Below are positions 52,186-61,974 of a stretch of 64,000 nt of DNA, one piece after another. This stretch comes from Propionibacteriaceae bacterium (GTDB lineage: Bacteria > Actinomycetota > Actinomycetes > Propionibacteriales > Propionibacteriaceae). The position numbers were made by a program, and so were the translations under genes. The stretch lies in NCBI GenBank assembly GCA_030532575.1, contig JAUNKV010000004.1:53243-117242 (forward strand), given 5' to 3'. The notes beneath the pieces were generated by a model. It saw only the letters and a program-made list of their open reading frames with translations, was not told where the DNA came from and made no database searches. Position 1 is the first letter of the stretch. Each line of letters opens with the position of its first letter.

Positions 52186-53465
52186 GTATCTGGGCTGTGT
52201 CGTGGGCGCTACGTGTGCGGGGGTTGTCGCGGACGGACAAGTTGACGTTGGTGGCGTTGGCTGATTACGCGGATGATGAGGATGAGGCGTGGCCGCGTGT
52301 GGAGACGTTGGCTGAGGTGTTGGATGCGTCGCAGCGGACGGTGTTCAGGGCGTTGGAGGCGTTGGAGTCTGCGGGGTTGATTTCGCGGATGCAGGGGTTC
52401 GTGAAGACGGCTGGGGGTGGTGTGCGGCAGGTGAATTCGGTGTATCGGTTGCATGTGCCGGACACGGTGTCCAGGCGTGTGGGTCGGGGGGCGTCGAGGC
52501 CTCAGGAGGTGCGCGAGAGTTCGGGCTTCGGTGGTGTTGCCACGCTCGAGGTCGCGGGTGAAACCCCTTGTGGAGTCCGCCATGACACTGGTGTCACCCC
52601 GGACGGCTCGGTTGGTGAAATGCCTTGTCAGGTCCGCCATGACATGGGTGTCACCCCGGAATTTCGGGGTGACACTGGTGACAGTTCCGGGGTGACACCC
52701 ATGTCACCCCTATATAAGGAAGAACCATCAGTAGAACCACCAAGCCAAGCCCCCCTACCCCCCACACCGCCACCGGGGTTGGGGTCGGGTGGCTTGGCTG
52801 GGCTGGGCGGGGTGGTCTCCGCGACCGACGACGACGGGGCTCCCCTGGTCCTGGTGGTTGGCTCTGGGCCGGAGCAGGCTCCGGCCGGGCCGCCCTCCAC
52901 GGTGTCGTCGAGCTCGGGCTCCGGTCCGGGTGCTGACCCTGGGCCTGGGCCTGGCAGCGGGTCTTCGGTGTCGTCGGAGGCGTGGGGGTTGGTGCGGCGG
53001 TGCCTGCCCGAGGGGATGCAGGCGTTGGATGGGCCGGGGCTGGAGCTGGTGCTGCCGCTGTTGCGGGAGCGTTTGGAGGCTGGGTGGCGGCCCGAGGCAC
53101 TACGGGATGTCCTGGCGGCTGATCCGTTGCCGGAGCGGGTGCGGCATTTGGCGGGGTTGGTGGCGCATCGGGTGGGTCGGGTGCCGGTGGATGCGGCTCC
53201 TCCTCCGCCGCGGCCGCGGGGGTCATGGCGGGTGCCTGATCCGCCGTCGGTGCCGTTGAGGCCGGAGGAGGTCAATCCGGTGGTGGTGCGGGCTGAGGCC
53301 GCGCGCCGGGAGGCGATCCGGGTCGGGTCGCCGGATGCGGCGCGGCCGCGGTCGTGGTGGCTGCGGCGGGCGATAGATGAGGTTTCGGCTGGCGAGGAGT
53401 CGCTGGTCGGGATGGACGGGTCTGGTGCCCGTGATGTGCAGCAGGGGCAGGAGTCGCTGCGGTGA
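52182..53465 (+). CDS. Rep-like winged-helix/HTH protein with low-complexity linker (possible replication/transfer initiator of the element)
   Basis: N-terminal 'LSRTDKLTLVALADYADDEDEAWPRVETLAEVLDASQRTVFRALEALESAGLISR' wHTH. The ORF may really be two genes split at the iteron region (alternative ATG at 52698). Confidence 0.45.
   Translation: MSIWAVSWALRVRGLSRTDKLTLVALADYADDEDEAWPRVETLAEVLDASQRTVFRALEALESAGLISRMQGFVKTAGGGVRQVNSVYRLHVPDTVSRRVGRGASRPQEVRESSGFGGVATLEVAGETPCGVRHDTGVTPDGSVGEMPCQVRHDMGVTPEFRGDTGDSSGVTPMSPLYKEEPSVEPPSQAPLPPTPPPGLGSGGLAGLGGVVSATDDDGAPLVLVVGSGPEQAPAGPPSTVSSSSGSGPGADPGPGPGSGSSVSSEAWGLVRRCLPEGMQALDGPGLELVLPLLRERLEAGWRPEALRDVLAADPLPERVRHLAGLVAHRVGRVPVDAAPPPPRPRGSWRVPDPPSVPLRPEEVNPVVVRAEAARREAIRVGSPDAARPRSWWLRRAIDEVSAGEESLVGMDGSGARDVQQGQESLR
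52565..52717. repeat. Iteron-like direct repeats (about 58-bp period) plus inverted GGGGTGACAC/GTGTCACCCC palindromes ending in an AT-rich TATATAA block
   Basis: 'ccttgtggagtccgccatgacactggtgtcaccccgga' (52565-52602) and 'ccttgtcaggtccgccatgacatgggtgtcaccccgga' (52623-52660). Then 'ggggtgacactggtgacagttccggggtgacacccatgtcacccctatataa'. Confidence 0.6.
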
Positions 53466-53523
53466 TGGTTTTGTTTGTTGCCTCCTCACTGTGTGGGGTG
53501 GGTGCCTTGGAAAGGGGCTTGTG

Positions 53524-53739
53524 ATGCAGTTCGATACGTCGATGTTGAACACGCTGATGGATCTGGTGGGTGGCATGTTGGCGGCCCTCGCAGCCATTAT
53601 GGGTGGCTGGGCAGTGGCGGTGCTCGCGATGAATCTCATCGGTGAACGGGATGGTGCGGCGATGAAGAACGCGTTGAACTGGGCCGCTGCCGCTGGGTTG
53701 CTGGGAGCGCTCGGCGGGTTCTTCATCGCCATGTTCTGA
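53524..53739 (+). CDS. Small (71 aa) two-TM membrane protein of the conjugation module
   Basis: 'MQFDTSMLNTLMDLVGGMLAALAAIMGGWAVAVLAMNLIG...' with GGAAAGGGG RBS. Confidence 0.45.
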   Translation: MQFDTSMLNTLMDLVGGMLAALAAIMGGWAVAVLAMNLIGERDGAAMKNALNWAAAAGLLGALGGFFIAMF

Positions 53740-53751
53740 AGGGGGTGAGTC

Positions 53752-54627
53752 ATGGCGGGGCCTGTTGTGTTGTCGTGGGCAACCGAGATTTTGGAGCCGA
53801 TCCTGAACAGTTTGGCTGATGGCAAGATTTTCGGGTTGGATGTGAAGTTCGTGCTCACTGATCCCTCGACGGAGAATCCTGAAGTGTGGGCGTTGGTCAG
53901 CCAGGTTTCGGCGGCGTTGATCTCTTCGGTGGCGGCTGTAATGTGCGTTATCATGTGCTCGATTGATTTGCAGCGGGTTACCTTGATGACCGACGGGGAA
54001 GGCGAGACCAAGACGAAGGCGATTGTTTTCACCGTGGTGAAGTTCGGGGTGGTGTGGGCGATTTTCCACCAGGCCCCGGGGATACTTTTCGATATCTGGA
54101 AGATGGGGAATGAGATCGCGACAAAGGTTTCCGAGCAGCTGGCCCCAGGGACGGGCACCTATGATTTGGATGAGCAGCGACAGGTGTTCCTGGATAGCGT
54201 GAAGGATCTTGATTGGTTGGGGCAGACGCTGCTGGTTGTGCTGATGTTGATTGCTTGGCTGGTGAACAAAGGGGCTGTGCTGGGGTGTGTTGCTGTGGCG
54301 GTGGTGCGGTTGATGAAGATTTATTTGTTCACCGCTTGGTGTCCGGTTCCGATGGCGTTGTTGGCGTCGGAGCATGGCCGTTCGTTCGGGATTGGTTTTT
54401 TGCGGAACTACTCGAAGACCATTTTGCAGGCTTTCGTGCTGTTGTTGTCGTTCGGGATTTACGGACTCCTTTCATCGAAGTGGGCGGACAAGATCATGGA
54501 GATGGACATGTCTCAGGGTGTGGAGGCTGCACTGCAAATCGGTGCGGTCTACATTTTCATGGGTATCGTGTTGTGCATGATCGTGATGGGGTCAGAGAAG
54601 CTGGCCTCGGAACTGGTTGGAGGATGA
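53752..54627 (+). CDS. Polytopic conjugal transfer membrane protein (TrbL/VirB6-like candidate)
   Basis: 291 aa with 5-6 TM helices, placed ahead of the VirB4 ATPase in a T4SS gene cluster. Confidence 0.5.
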   Translation: MAGPVVLSWATEILEPILNSLADGKIFGLDVKFVLTDPSTENPEVWALVSQVSAALISSVAAVMCVIMCSIDLQRVTLMTDGEGETKTKAIVFTVVKFGVVWAIFHQAPGILFDIWKMGNEIATKVSEQLAPGTGTYDLDEQRQVFLDSVKDLDWLGQTLLVVLMLIAWLVNKGAVLGCVAVAVVRLMKIYLFTAWCPVPMALLASEHGRSFGIGFLRNYSKTILQAFVLLLSFGIYGLLSSKWADKIMEMDMSQGVEAALQIGAVYIFMGIVLCMIVMGSEKLASELVGG

Positions 54628-54628
54628 C

Positions 54629-55309
54629 ATGAGGAAACTGCTGGTGACTACGGTGTTCGCGGCCTTGGTCGTCGTCGGGGCGGTGGGGTGTGGCCAGTCG
54701 GTGGATGAGGCCCGTGCGGAGGCTGCTGCTCGTGTGGCCCAGATGCTGTACCTGGAGGACTTGGAGGCGGTGCAGGCTGGGCTGGAGGACGCCGCCACGG
54801 TGGAGGAGGTCCGCAAGCTGGCCGAGAAGGCCGAGAAGGAGGATCAGGAGCGTGGAGAGGCGTACTGGAGCTGCGCTGCGAAGGCTGTGCAGGCCCTGCC
54901 GGGTACCGCGTGGGAGGCTGATGCATGGCATGATGATGGGAGCTGGGATGTTGTGGTGCTTCACCTGAAGGTTGACGCCACCGCCACGTTGGAGCGCACA
55001 GCTTCTCACCTTCCATTTGGCTCGAGTTCAAGCCCGACCGCGCCACCGAGCGAGATGGACACGTGGCTGTCAGAAAATGCAGAGAAAGTTTCGGGCTGGA
55101 GTAGTGATGTCGCGGATCGGGTGGCGTCGCGGAGTGTGTTGGATGGCCAGCCTCCTCATTTCTCGGTGGTGAACAAGTCCTGCACGGTTCAGTTCATGCT
55201 GACGCTGGTCACTGCCACTGGGGCGGTACAGTTCCCTGCGAAGCTGGAAATCCACGCTCATCTCAATCTGGTTGTCAATGGCAAGGACACGTCCAGGAAG
55301 GAGGGATGA
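54629..55309 (+). CDS. Lipoprotein of the conjugation module
   Basis: Signal peptide with lipobox 'AVGCGQ'. Glu/Ala-rich mature part. Confidence 0.55.
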   Translation: MRKLLVTTVFAALVVVGAVGCGQSVDEARAEAAARVAQMLYLEDLEAVQAGLEDAATVEEVRKLAEKAEKEDQERGEAYWSCAAKAVQALPGTAWEADAWHDDGSWDVVVLHLKVDATATLERTASHLPFGSSSSPTAPPSEMDTWLSENAEKVSGWSSDVADRVASRSVLDGQPPHFSVVNKSCTVQFMLTLVTATGAVQFPAKLEIHAHLNLVVNGKDTSRKEG

Positions 55310-55313
55310 GGGG

Positions 55314-55712
55314 ATGGCGCTGGAGGTTCGGGTCCATTCGGAGGTGACCGACATCGATGCCAAGGTGGTTGGGCCGTTGACGTGGCGGCAGTTCGTTTTC
55401 ACCTTGGTGGGGGTTCCGGTCCTTCTCGGGTTGGGGACGGTGTTGTTCTTCTTGGGGAGGTTGCCTGTTTTGCCGTATGTGGTGACTCCGTTGTTGGCGC
55501 CGTTGGCGTTGTGGGCGTGGGCGAAGCCGATGGGGATGAGGTTTGAGAAGTGGGTGCCGTATGCGTGGCGGGCCGTGTGGGAGCCTCGCGTGTTGCGGTA
55601 TGGGAATGATCCTGTTTCGCTGGGCCAGGTGAAGAGTTTTGATGATGCACATGCTGGGAGGAAGAATGTTTCTCGGAAAGAAGCGGGAAAGCGACCCGAG
55701 GCCGGATGGTGA
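55314..55712 (+). CDS. TcpE/PrgI-like small membrane protein of Gram-positive T4SS
   Basis: Two central TM helices ('FVFTLVGVPVLLGLGTVLFFLG', 'VVTPLLAPLALWAWA'). ATG 4 nt after the lipoprotein stop. Confidence 0.45.
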   Translation: MALEVRVHSEVTDIDAKVVGPLTWRQFVFTLVGVPVLLGLGTVLFFLGRLPVLPYVVTPLLAPLALWAWAKPMGMRFEKWVPYAWRAVWEPRVLRYGNDPVSLGQVKSFDDAHAGRKNVSRKEAGKRPEAGW

Positions 55713-58068
55713 CATCCCTGGCGGGAGGCATGGGAAGAAGAGGGGGCGGGAGTCCAGGCGACAGCGCACGGCGCGGGATGTCTTGTGGTATGAGTCGCTG
55801 CTGGAGTCGGGGATTTGCGTGCTCGGCGGCGGCCTGTATTCGGTCATGCTGAGGTTGGCGGACATCAACTATCACATGGGCGGCGAGACGCACCAGCGTG
55901 GAGTGCTGGAGAATTACGCGCGGTTCTTCAACAAGCTTGGTGTTGGTGAAGAGGTGACGGTGATGATCGCGAATCGCCGGATTGATCGCCAGGACCTGGT
56001 GGGAAGGGTGCTTTTTCCTGAGCCTCGTGATGGGGACGATTTGACGGTATGGCGGGCTGACCACAATCGGGTGGTGGAGGCGATGCTGGGTGACCGGGAC
56101 TACATGATCGTGTCGGAGAAGTACCTGCTGTTGACCGTGTCGGCTGAGGATGTGGAGGAGGCGACGGCCCGGCTGGAGCGGTTGGAGGCCAGCGTGATCT
56201 CGGATCTGTTGCAGCTGTTGAGCTGCCGGGCTGAGCGTCTGAATGGGGTCGCCCGGGTGGAGTTCCTGCGGGAGTGGACCCGGGGCGTGTATGCGAAGGG
56301 CTTCGATTTTGAGGCGCTGGGGTTGTCCGGTGCATCGACGAAGGATGAGCTGGCGCCCCAGGGTGTTGATCGGCGGAGCAAGTCACGGATGGTGCTGCAC
56401 GGTGACACCGAGGAGCTTCACTTCCAAACCCTCGTGTTGCGGAACTATCCGGCGTATCTCACCGATGATCTGTTTGCCCGGATCAGTGAGATCTCTGCGG
56501 ATCTGGTGATCTCGTTCAACATCGAGCCGCTTGATCGTGCCATGGCGATGAAGTTGGTGGGGAGCCGGATCGGGGATCTGAAGATGGAACGCACCGGTGC
56601 CAGGCGTCGGGCGATCAACGCGAAGCTGGACCCGAATGTCGATCTGCCGGAACGGTTGGTGGAGGGGTTGGATGAGACTGCGGAGTTGCGGGATGCGATG
56701 CGGCGTGAGGGCCAGCGGTTGTTCTCCACGACGTTGCTGGTCGCTGTGCGGGGGTCGTCGCGGGAGGAGTTGGCGGAGCGGGTTCGGTTGGTGATCCGCG
56801 CCGCGAGTGGTGAGCAGTGCCAGATGTCGGGGATGTGGGGGTTCCAGGAGGCTGGGCTGAACCAGGTGCTGTTTGGTGGGCATCGGGTCCCGGTGAGGCG
56901 GACCCTGACCACGGCCGGAGTGGCGACACAGGTGCCGTTCGCGTCGCAGGAGATTCTCGATCCTGAGGGCGTGTTCTACGGCCTCAACGGCCGGACCGGG
57001 AACCCGATCGTGGTGGACCGCCGTCGCAAACGCAACGGCAACAAGTTCACCGTCGGCACCTCTGGGTCGGGCAAGTCCCATCTGGAGAAGTGGGAAATCT
57101 GCGAGGTCCTGATCGGGAACCCGAGTGATGAGCTCATCATCATCGACCCGGAGCAGGAGTACCGGGCCCTGGGTGAGGCGTGGGGGGCCACCATCGTGGA
57201 GGTTCACGCCGCGTCTGAGCAGACCATCAATCCGTTCGATGTGGAGATGGTGAATCTGGAGGGCAGGCCGTTGCGGTTGAAGACCGAGGCGGTGCTGGGG
57301 ATGCTGGAGGTCCTACTGGGCGGTGATGCCGGTCTGAGTGGGGAGGCCCGCTCCGTGCTGGATCGCTGCGTCAGTAACCTCTACAACCGGTGGGAGCAGA
57401 CCCAGTCGTCGGTGATGCCCACCTTCGTGGACCTGTGGCACGAGCTCCGCCAACAGCCCGAGCCCGCCGCGGCCACGGCCGCGATGAAACTGGAGCTCTA
57501 CTCCGTGGGATCGTTCTCCGGGTTCGCGCAACAGACCAACGTCGATGTGAGCAACCGGTTCGTGATCTACGACACCTCCAAGCTCGGCCACGCCTTGCAG
57601 AACTTCGGGTTGATGGTGGTGCTGGATTCGATCTGGCAGCGGGTCCAGCGGAACTACGGGCGTGGTATCCGATCTTGGTTGTGGGTCGATGAGTTCGCGT
57701 CGATGTTCACCAACCGGCACGCGATGAACCAGTTCATGGAGTTCTTCCAACGCTTCCGTAAGTATGGCGGGATGGCCAGCGGCATTTTGCAGTCGGTGAC
57801 CCGACTGCTGGAGGTCGAGGAAGCGGTCCAGATGCTCAACAACGCCGAAATCCTGGTGCTGATGGGCCAATCCGATGCCGACGCCAAGGCGTTGGAAGAG
57901 TTGCTGGGCCTGTCTGATCAGGAGGTGCGGGCTTTCAGGGCGGTGGAGCCGGGCTGTGGTCTGATCCGGGTTGGCTCGACCTCGTTCCCCCTCAATGCCA
58001 GGAAACCGCAGGACGGGGTCCTTGCGGCGCTGTTCGACACCTCGTTCAAGGATGGTGGTCGTGGCTGA
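55666..58068 (+). CDS. VirB4-family conjugal transfer ATPase (TcpF/ConE-like)
   Basis: Walker A 'GTSGSGKS' and Walker B 'LIIIDPEQE', 800 aa. GGGAGGA RBS before ATG 55666. Confidence 0.9.
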   Translation: MFLGKKRESDPRPDGDIPGGRHGKKRGRESRRQRTARDVLWYESLLESGICVLGGGLYSVMLRLADINYHMGGETHQRGVLENYARFFNKLGVGEEVTVMIANRRIDRQDLVGRVLFPEPRDGDDLTVWRADHNRVVEAMLGDRDYMIVSEKYLLLTVSAEDVEEATARLERLEASVISDLLQLLSCRAERLNGVARVEFLREWTRGVYAKGFDFEALGLSGASTKDELAPQGVDRRSKSRMVLHGDTEELHFQTLVLRNYPAYLTDDLFARISEISADLVISFNIEPLDRAMAMKLVGSRIGDLKMERTGARRRAINAKLDPNVDLPERLVEGLDETAELRDAMRREGQRLFSTTLLVAVRGSSREELAERVRLVIRAASGEQCQMSGMWGFQEAGLNQVLFGGHRVPVRRTLTTAGVATQVPFASQEILDPEGVFYGLNGRTGNPIVVDRRRKRNGNKFTVGTSGSGKSHLEKWEICEVLIGNPSDELIIIDPEQEYRALGEAWGATIVEVHAASEQTINPFDVEMVNLEGRPLRLKTEAVLGMLEVLLGGDAGLSGEARSVLDRCVSNLYNRWEQTQSSVMPTFVDLWHELRQQPEPAAATAAMKLELYSVGSFSGFAQQTNVDVSNRFVIYDTSKLGHALQNFGLMVVLDSIWQRVQRNYGRGIRSWLWVDEFASMFTNRHAMNQFMEFFQRFRKYGGMASGILQSVTRLLEVEEAVQMLNNAEILVLMGQSDADAKALEELLGLSDQEVRAFRAVEPGCGLIRVGSTSFPLNARKPQDGVLAALFDTSFKDGGRG

Positions 58069-60004
58069 TGATCGTCCCCGCAGGTGGCGGGACATTCGTG
58101 TGGTGTCCCGGGCGGGGTGGCGTCACAACGGTCTGGAAGCCGCCCGGCCCCGATACGGTGGCACGATCACCACCACGACGAAAACCGTGAATGGGAAGAC
58201 CGAAACCTGGGTGTCTGAGACCCTCTCCACCAGGCAGCAGATCACCTCAGCGGTCAGGCAGGCGGGTCATGTCGCCTGGACCCAAAGCGTCTCTGGTGCT
58301 GCGACGGTGGGACGAGTCGGTGCCCGCACCACCAGCCGGGCGGCCCGCACCGTCAGGGCCCAGCTGCGGAAGCTCGAAGCAGCCGGAGAGCTGGACGTCG
58401 ATGCCCAGCTCTCCATGGCGGGCCGTGCTGCGGCCCGCACCACCGGACGAGCCACCAAAAGGGTCGCTGCCGGGGTGGGACGTCAGGTCCTGAAGAAGAT
58501 CGGGATCGAGAAGAAACCCCACTCTGGGTTGACTGGCAGTGTTCGTCGGGCAGGGTCCGGGTTGATGCACCAGGTCCGTGGCGGGGTGGGCCTGATGGCT
58601 GATGGCGGCCAACTCGACGTGGACCGTGCCGCGGCGCGGATGACGCAGCGGGCATGGAACAAGTCCGTGGGAGTCACCGGCCGAGCTGCCGCCCGCGGAG
58701 CGAGGGTCACCACACGGTGGGCGGCACGACACACCGGGAAAGCCACCCGGTGGGTCGCGGCACGAACAGCCGCGCTCGCTGTGAAAGCCGGAATGGCCGT
58801 GGCCCACCTCATCGGAGCACTCGCCGGAGCCGTCGGGACAATTCTGCCGGTCCTGCTGATCGTCATCGGCATCGTGGCCGTGCTGTGCGCCATCCTGCCC
58901 TCATTCATCACCGGCGCCGGGGCCGAGAACCAACGTCGCGAGGAGGCTGCACGCCGGTCACAGTTGACGTCGTGCAGTGGCCCTGGAGTGGTCTCAGCTG
59001 CGGATGTTGCGGTGTTTCTGCCGTCACCGCGCGGCACCGACATCTCCGGTTCGTTGTCCGAGGAGCAGCGAGCGACGGCGACGGCGATTGTGGAGGAGGG
59101 ACAGAAAGCAGGTATCCCTCCCAGGGGGTGGGCGGTGGCGTTGATGACTGCGATGCAGGAGTCCACGATGGGCGCCAACCCCGCCACGAAGCAGCCAAAT
59201 GGGGACGGGGATGTGGGGGTGTTCCAGCAAAGAGCAAAACTCGGCTGGTATGCCGATGGGGCAACAATGGCTGAGAACACCAGGATTTTGAATGATGTCC
59301 GCTACGCTGCAAAAACGTTCTTTCTGGGTCACAAGGTTGGCGTTTTCTCGCCATCTGGGGCTGGAAGTCTTGGTTATCAGATCCCTGGCTTGGTCAACAT
59401 TTCCGGGTGGGAGTCGATGGACTTGGGGAAGGCCGCCCAGAAAGTCCAGGTGAGCGCCTTCCCCGACTATTACGCCAAGCACGAGGCCACCGTCGCTAGC
59501 CTTTTGCCGACGCTGAACCCTCAGGGCTGCTCTCAGGTGGATCTGTTGGTGCCAGGGGCCAGCGGTCTGGCGGGCAAGGACGACTACGCGGGCTGGTATG
59601 CGAAGCTCCCAGACATGGTCAAGGCGGAAGGATACGACCCGAATGGGTTCGCGTGGCGGCAGTGCACGTCATATGCGGGGTTCGCGGTCAGGACGTATTC
59701 CCGGCACAAGGATTTCAATAATTGGTGGCGGCAGGACGGGGGCCGGTTCAGCGACGCGAAGCATTGGCATGTGGCAGCGCGCAAGGCCGGGATTCGGGTG
59801 GATCAGACCCCAGCAGTGGGGGCGGTTGCGCAACGCACCTCGGGAGACTGGGGACATGTTGCTTACGTCGTCGCAGTCAATGACGACGGCAGCTTTGTCA
59901 TCAACGAATACAATCACGTCACCACTCGGGAGTTCTCTTCCAGGACGGCCCGGATCGGGAATGGGTCGCATGATTTCACCAACTTCCTGCATTTCGAGGA
60001 GTAA
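58052..60004 (+). CDS. Conjugation-associated peptidoglycan hydrolase: Arg/Ala/Thr-repeat N-terminus, TM helix, lytic transglycosylase-like domain and C-terminal CHAP domain (TcpG/VirB1-like)
   Basis: 'MQESTMGANP...GVFQQR' matches the SLT-like motif. 'CTSYAGFAV...GHVAYV' gives the CHAP Cys/His pair. Confidence 0.8.
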   Translation: MVVVADDRPRRWRDIRVVSRAGWRHNGLEAARPRYGGTITTTTKTVNGKTETWVSETLSTRQQITSAVRQAGHVAWTQSVSGAATVGRVGARTTSRAARTVRAQLRKLEAAGELDVDAQLSMAGRAAARTTGRATKRVAAGVGRQVLKKIGIEKKPHSGLTGSVRRAGSGLMHQVRGGVGLMADGGQLDVDRAAARMTQRAWNKSVGVTGRAAARGARVTTRWAARHTGKATRWVAARTAALAVKAGMAVAHLIGALAGAVGTILPVLLIVIGIVAVLCAILPSFITGAGAENQRREEAARRSQLTSCSGPGVVSAADVAVFLPSPRGTDISGSLSEEQRATATAIVEEGQKAGIPPRGWAVALMTAMQESTMGANPATKQPNGDGDVGVFQQRAKLGWYADGATMAENTRILNDVRYAAKTFFLGHKVGVFSPSGAGSLGYQIPGLVNISGWESMDLGKAAQKVQVSAFPDYYAKHEATVASLLPTLNPQGCSQVDLLVPGASGLAGKDDYAGWYAKLPDMVKAEGYDPNGFAWRQCTSYAGFAVRTYSRHKDFNNWWRQDGGRFSDAKHWHVAARKAGIRVDQTPAVGAVAQRTSGDWGHVAYVVAVNDDGSFVINEYNHVTTREFSSRTARIGNGSHDFTNFLHFEE

Positions 60005-60008
60005 CGAG

Positions 60009-60596
60009 ATGGATCGTCGTACAGCCCTGGGCTTGATTGCAGCTAGTGTGTTGCTGGCTGGGTGCGGGAGCCCGGGCGTGGGTGAGGCACCAGCGCCCAC
60101 CCCTGATGTGGCGGCGTCGGTGCAGGTGTCGAGGGGTGTCGAGGCGAGCGTGGTGCCGTCGTGGGTGGGGTCGGGGCCTGCTCGGCGTGCGGCCGAGTTC
60201 GTGAGGGTCGCGGCAACAGCGGATACCCGGGTGGATGAGGTACCGGAGGGGGCGTGGCGGCGCGCAAAGTCGATGATGACCCCGGCCCTGGTGGCAGACC
60301 TTGAGGCTGGTTCTGCTCTGGGCCAGGTGGCGGGGTGGGGGCGGCTGCAGCGCCTCGACGGCTGGGTTTCTGTCGAGTTCGGGAATGTGTTGGGTGATGA
60401 ACCGCAGGCAGCACCAGGGCCGGAGGACTCCCCCACCCCGAAGGATGGGGTGGAGATTGAGGTGGTGTTCACCCGCACCATTCATGCTGAGGGGCAGCGT
60501 GACGTGCGGGAGTCGGAGCCGTTGGTGTGGGTGGTGCGGGTGGTGGGTGATCAGGTGGCGGGGGTGTCGACGGTGACCACCACGAACCCGGGATGA
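60009..60596 (+). CDS. Lipoprotein of the conjugation module
   Basis: Lipobox 'LLAGCGS'. ATG at 60009 immediately after the hydrolase stop. Confidence 0.55.
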   Translation: MDRRTALGLIAASVLLAGCGSPGVGEAPAPTPDVAASVQVSRGVEASVVPSWVGSGPARRAAEFVRVAATADTRVDEVPEGAWRRAKSMMTPALVADLEAGSALGQVAGWGRLQRLDGWVSVEFGNVLGDEPQAAPGPEDSPTPKDGVEIEVVFTRTIHAEGQRDVRESEPLVWVVRVVGDQVAGVSTVTTTNPG

Positions 60597-60669
60597 GCGA
60601 GTTGTCCACAGACGGCAGATTTTCTGGACCTGGTGAGCATGTCGGGCTGGAGGGTGCACATGGTGATAG

Positions 60670-61002
60670 GTGAAGGAGAAACCACTCGTGAAAGGGAGTG
60701 CAGGGATGAAGGATGTGTGGCGGGTCTGGGCGCTGGTGACCTGGGCTGCGAACGTGCTGGGCAGTGAGGAGTTGGGGGACGTGGGCCTCCAGCTGGTGGG
60801 GCTGCCACTGGGGGTGCTGCAGTTCGCTCCGGCCGGGGAGGCCCCGGTGGTGGTGCCAGTCTTTGATGGTGTGTCGGGGCGGGAGGCTGTGGCGGAAGCG
60901 CTGGGGATCGTCACGTCGTGGGAGCTGACCACGATGGAGGCGCAGGAGTTCTTCTTCGACTTGGTGGATGTCCATGATGCCTTGACCAGTCGGGGGCTGT
61001 GA
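60670..61002 (+). CDS. Hypothetical protein (element-encoded)
   Basis: ORF with GTGATG overlap to the next gene. No recognisable motif. Confidence 0.3.
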   Translation: MKEKPLVKGSAGMKDVWRVWALVTWAANVLGSEELGDVGLQLVGLPLGVLQFAPAGEAPVVVPVFDGVSGREAVAEALGIVTSWELTTMEAQEFFFDLVDVHDALTSRGL

Positions 61003-61814
61003 TGGGGTGGCGTGAGATCACCGAGCAGGCGCATCAGCGTCTGGTCACCGGGGAAGGGCTGGAGTTCGAGCAGTGGCGTGGAGTGATGGCTGCTGTCGGC
61101 CCAGTGGCTGGTGAGGATGCGGCGGTTGCGTCGGCGGTTCAGATGGCGGCTGGGGCTGCTCTTGTCGCGGGGGTTCAGGCGCGTCCCGCTGATCGCCTGG
61201 TTGCTGAGACGGTCGCGGCCGCCGGGTCGGGGTGGGATGGGCAGGCTCGGCTGGCGGTGACGGCGATGACGCATTTGGCGTTGCGGTCCGCGCGTGGGGA
61301 TCGTGAGGAGCAGGTCCTGGCGGCGGTGGAGCGTGAGCTGTTGCCGCATCGGGAGCCGTCTGCCTTGGTGGTGGCGTTGCGGGATTGGCGGGACCAGGTT
61401 GCCGCCACGGGTGTGGGGCCGCATGAGGCGGTGAACATCGCGGCGGTGCAGGCGCGGCTTCTGGTGGAGGCCCGCGGCTGGATCGGCCAGGTGGAGGCTC
61501 CTGCTGGTGTCGAGCTCGCAGGGCTTCAGGACGCGGTCACGGTGGCGGCTGAGGTGTGGCAGGTCGCTGCGTCGTCGTGGCGTGATGTCACCAGGCGGGA
61601 ACAGCAGAGCCCGGCTGCGGTGGCGGAGTTGTCACGGCGGTGGGTGGCTGTTGCTCAGGCGGTGCGGGCGGAGCCGTCGGTGGCTCGTCGGGTGGAGGCG
61701 ATGATCGCAACCGGTTTTTGGGGGGTGTGTGCAGGCTGGGTTGTCGGTGCGGGCGCCGGGGGATGCCGACACTGTGTTGACGCAGGTTGGGGTGGGGGTG
61801 GAGATCGCCGCTGA
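61002..61814 (+). CDS. Hypothetical Ala-rich protein with C-terminal hydrophobic/Gly-rich tail (possible sigma-factor partner)
   Basis: Coupled start. Lies directly upstream of the element sigma factor. Confidence 0.35.
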   Translation: MGWREITEQAHQRLVTGEGLEFEQWRGVMAAVGPVAGEDAAVASAVQMAAGAALVAGVQARPADRLVAETVAAAGSGWDGQARLAVTAMTHLALRSARGDREEQVLAAVERELLPHREPSALVVALRDWRDQVAATGVGPHEAVNIAAVQARLLVEARGWIGQVEAPAGVELAGLQDAVTVAAEVWQVAASSWRDVTRREQQSPAAVAELSRRWVAVAQAVRAEPSVARRVEAMIATGFWGVCAGWVVGAGAGGCRHCVDAGWGGGGDRR

Positions 61815-61974
61815 TCCGCTGCACGGCCTGACCTTCCAGGACCGCACCCCACCACGTCTGCGGCAGCCCACCCCCACGGGGGTGGGTCACTCCCCCACCC
61901 AGCAGACGCCGCCACAAGATCCGGCGGCGGGGGTGGTGTCTGTGTGGCGTGGTGGGGTGGAGAGTGACCCGGAG

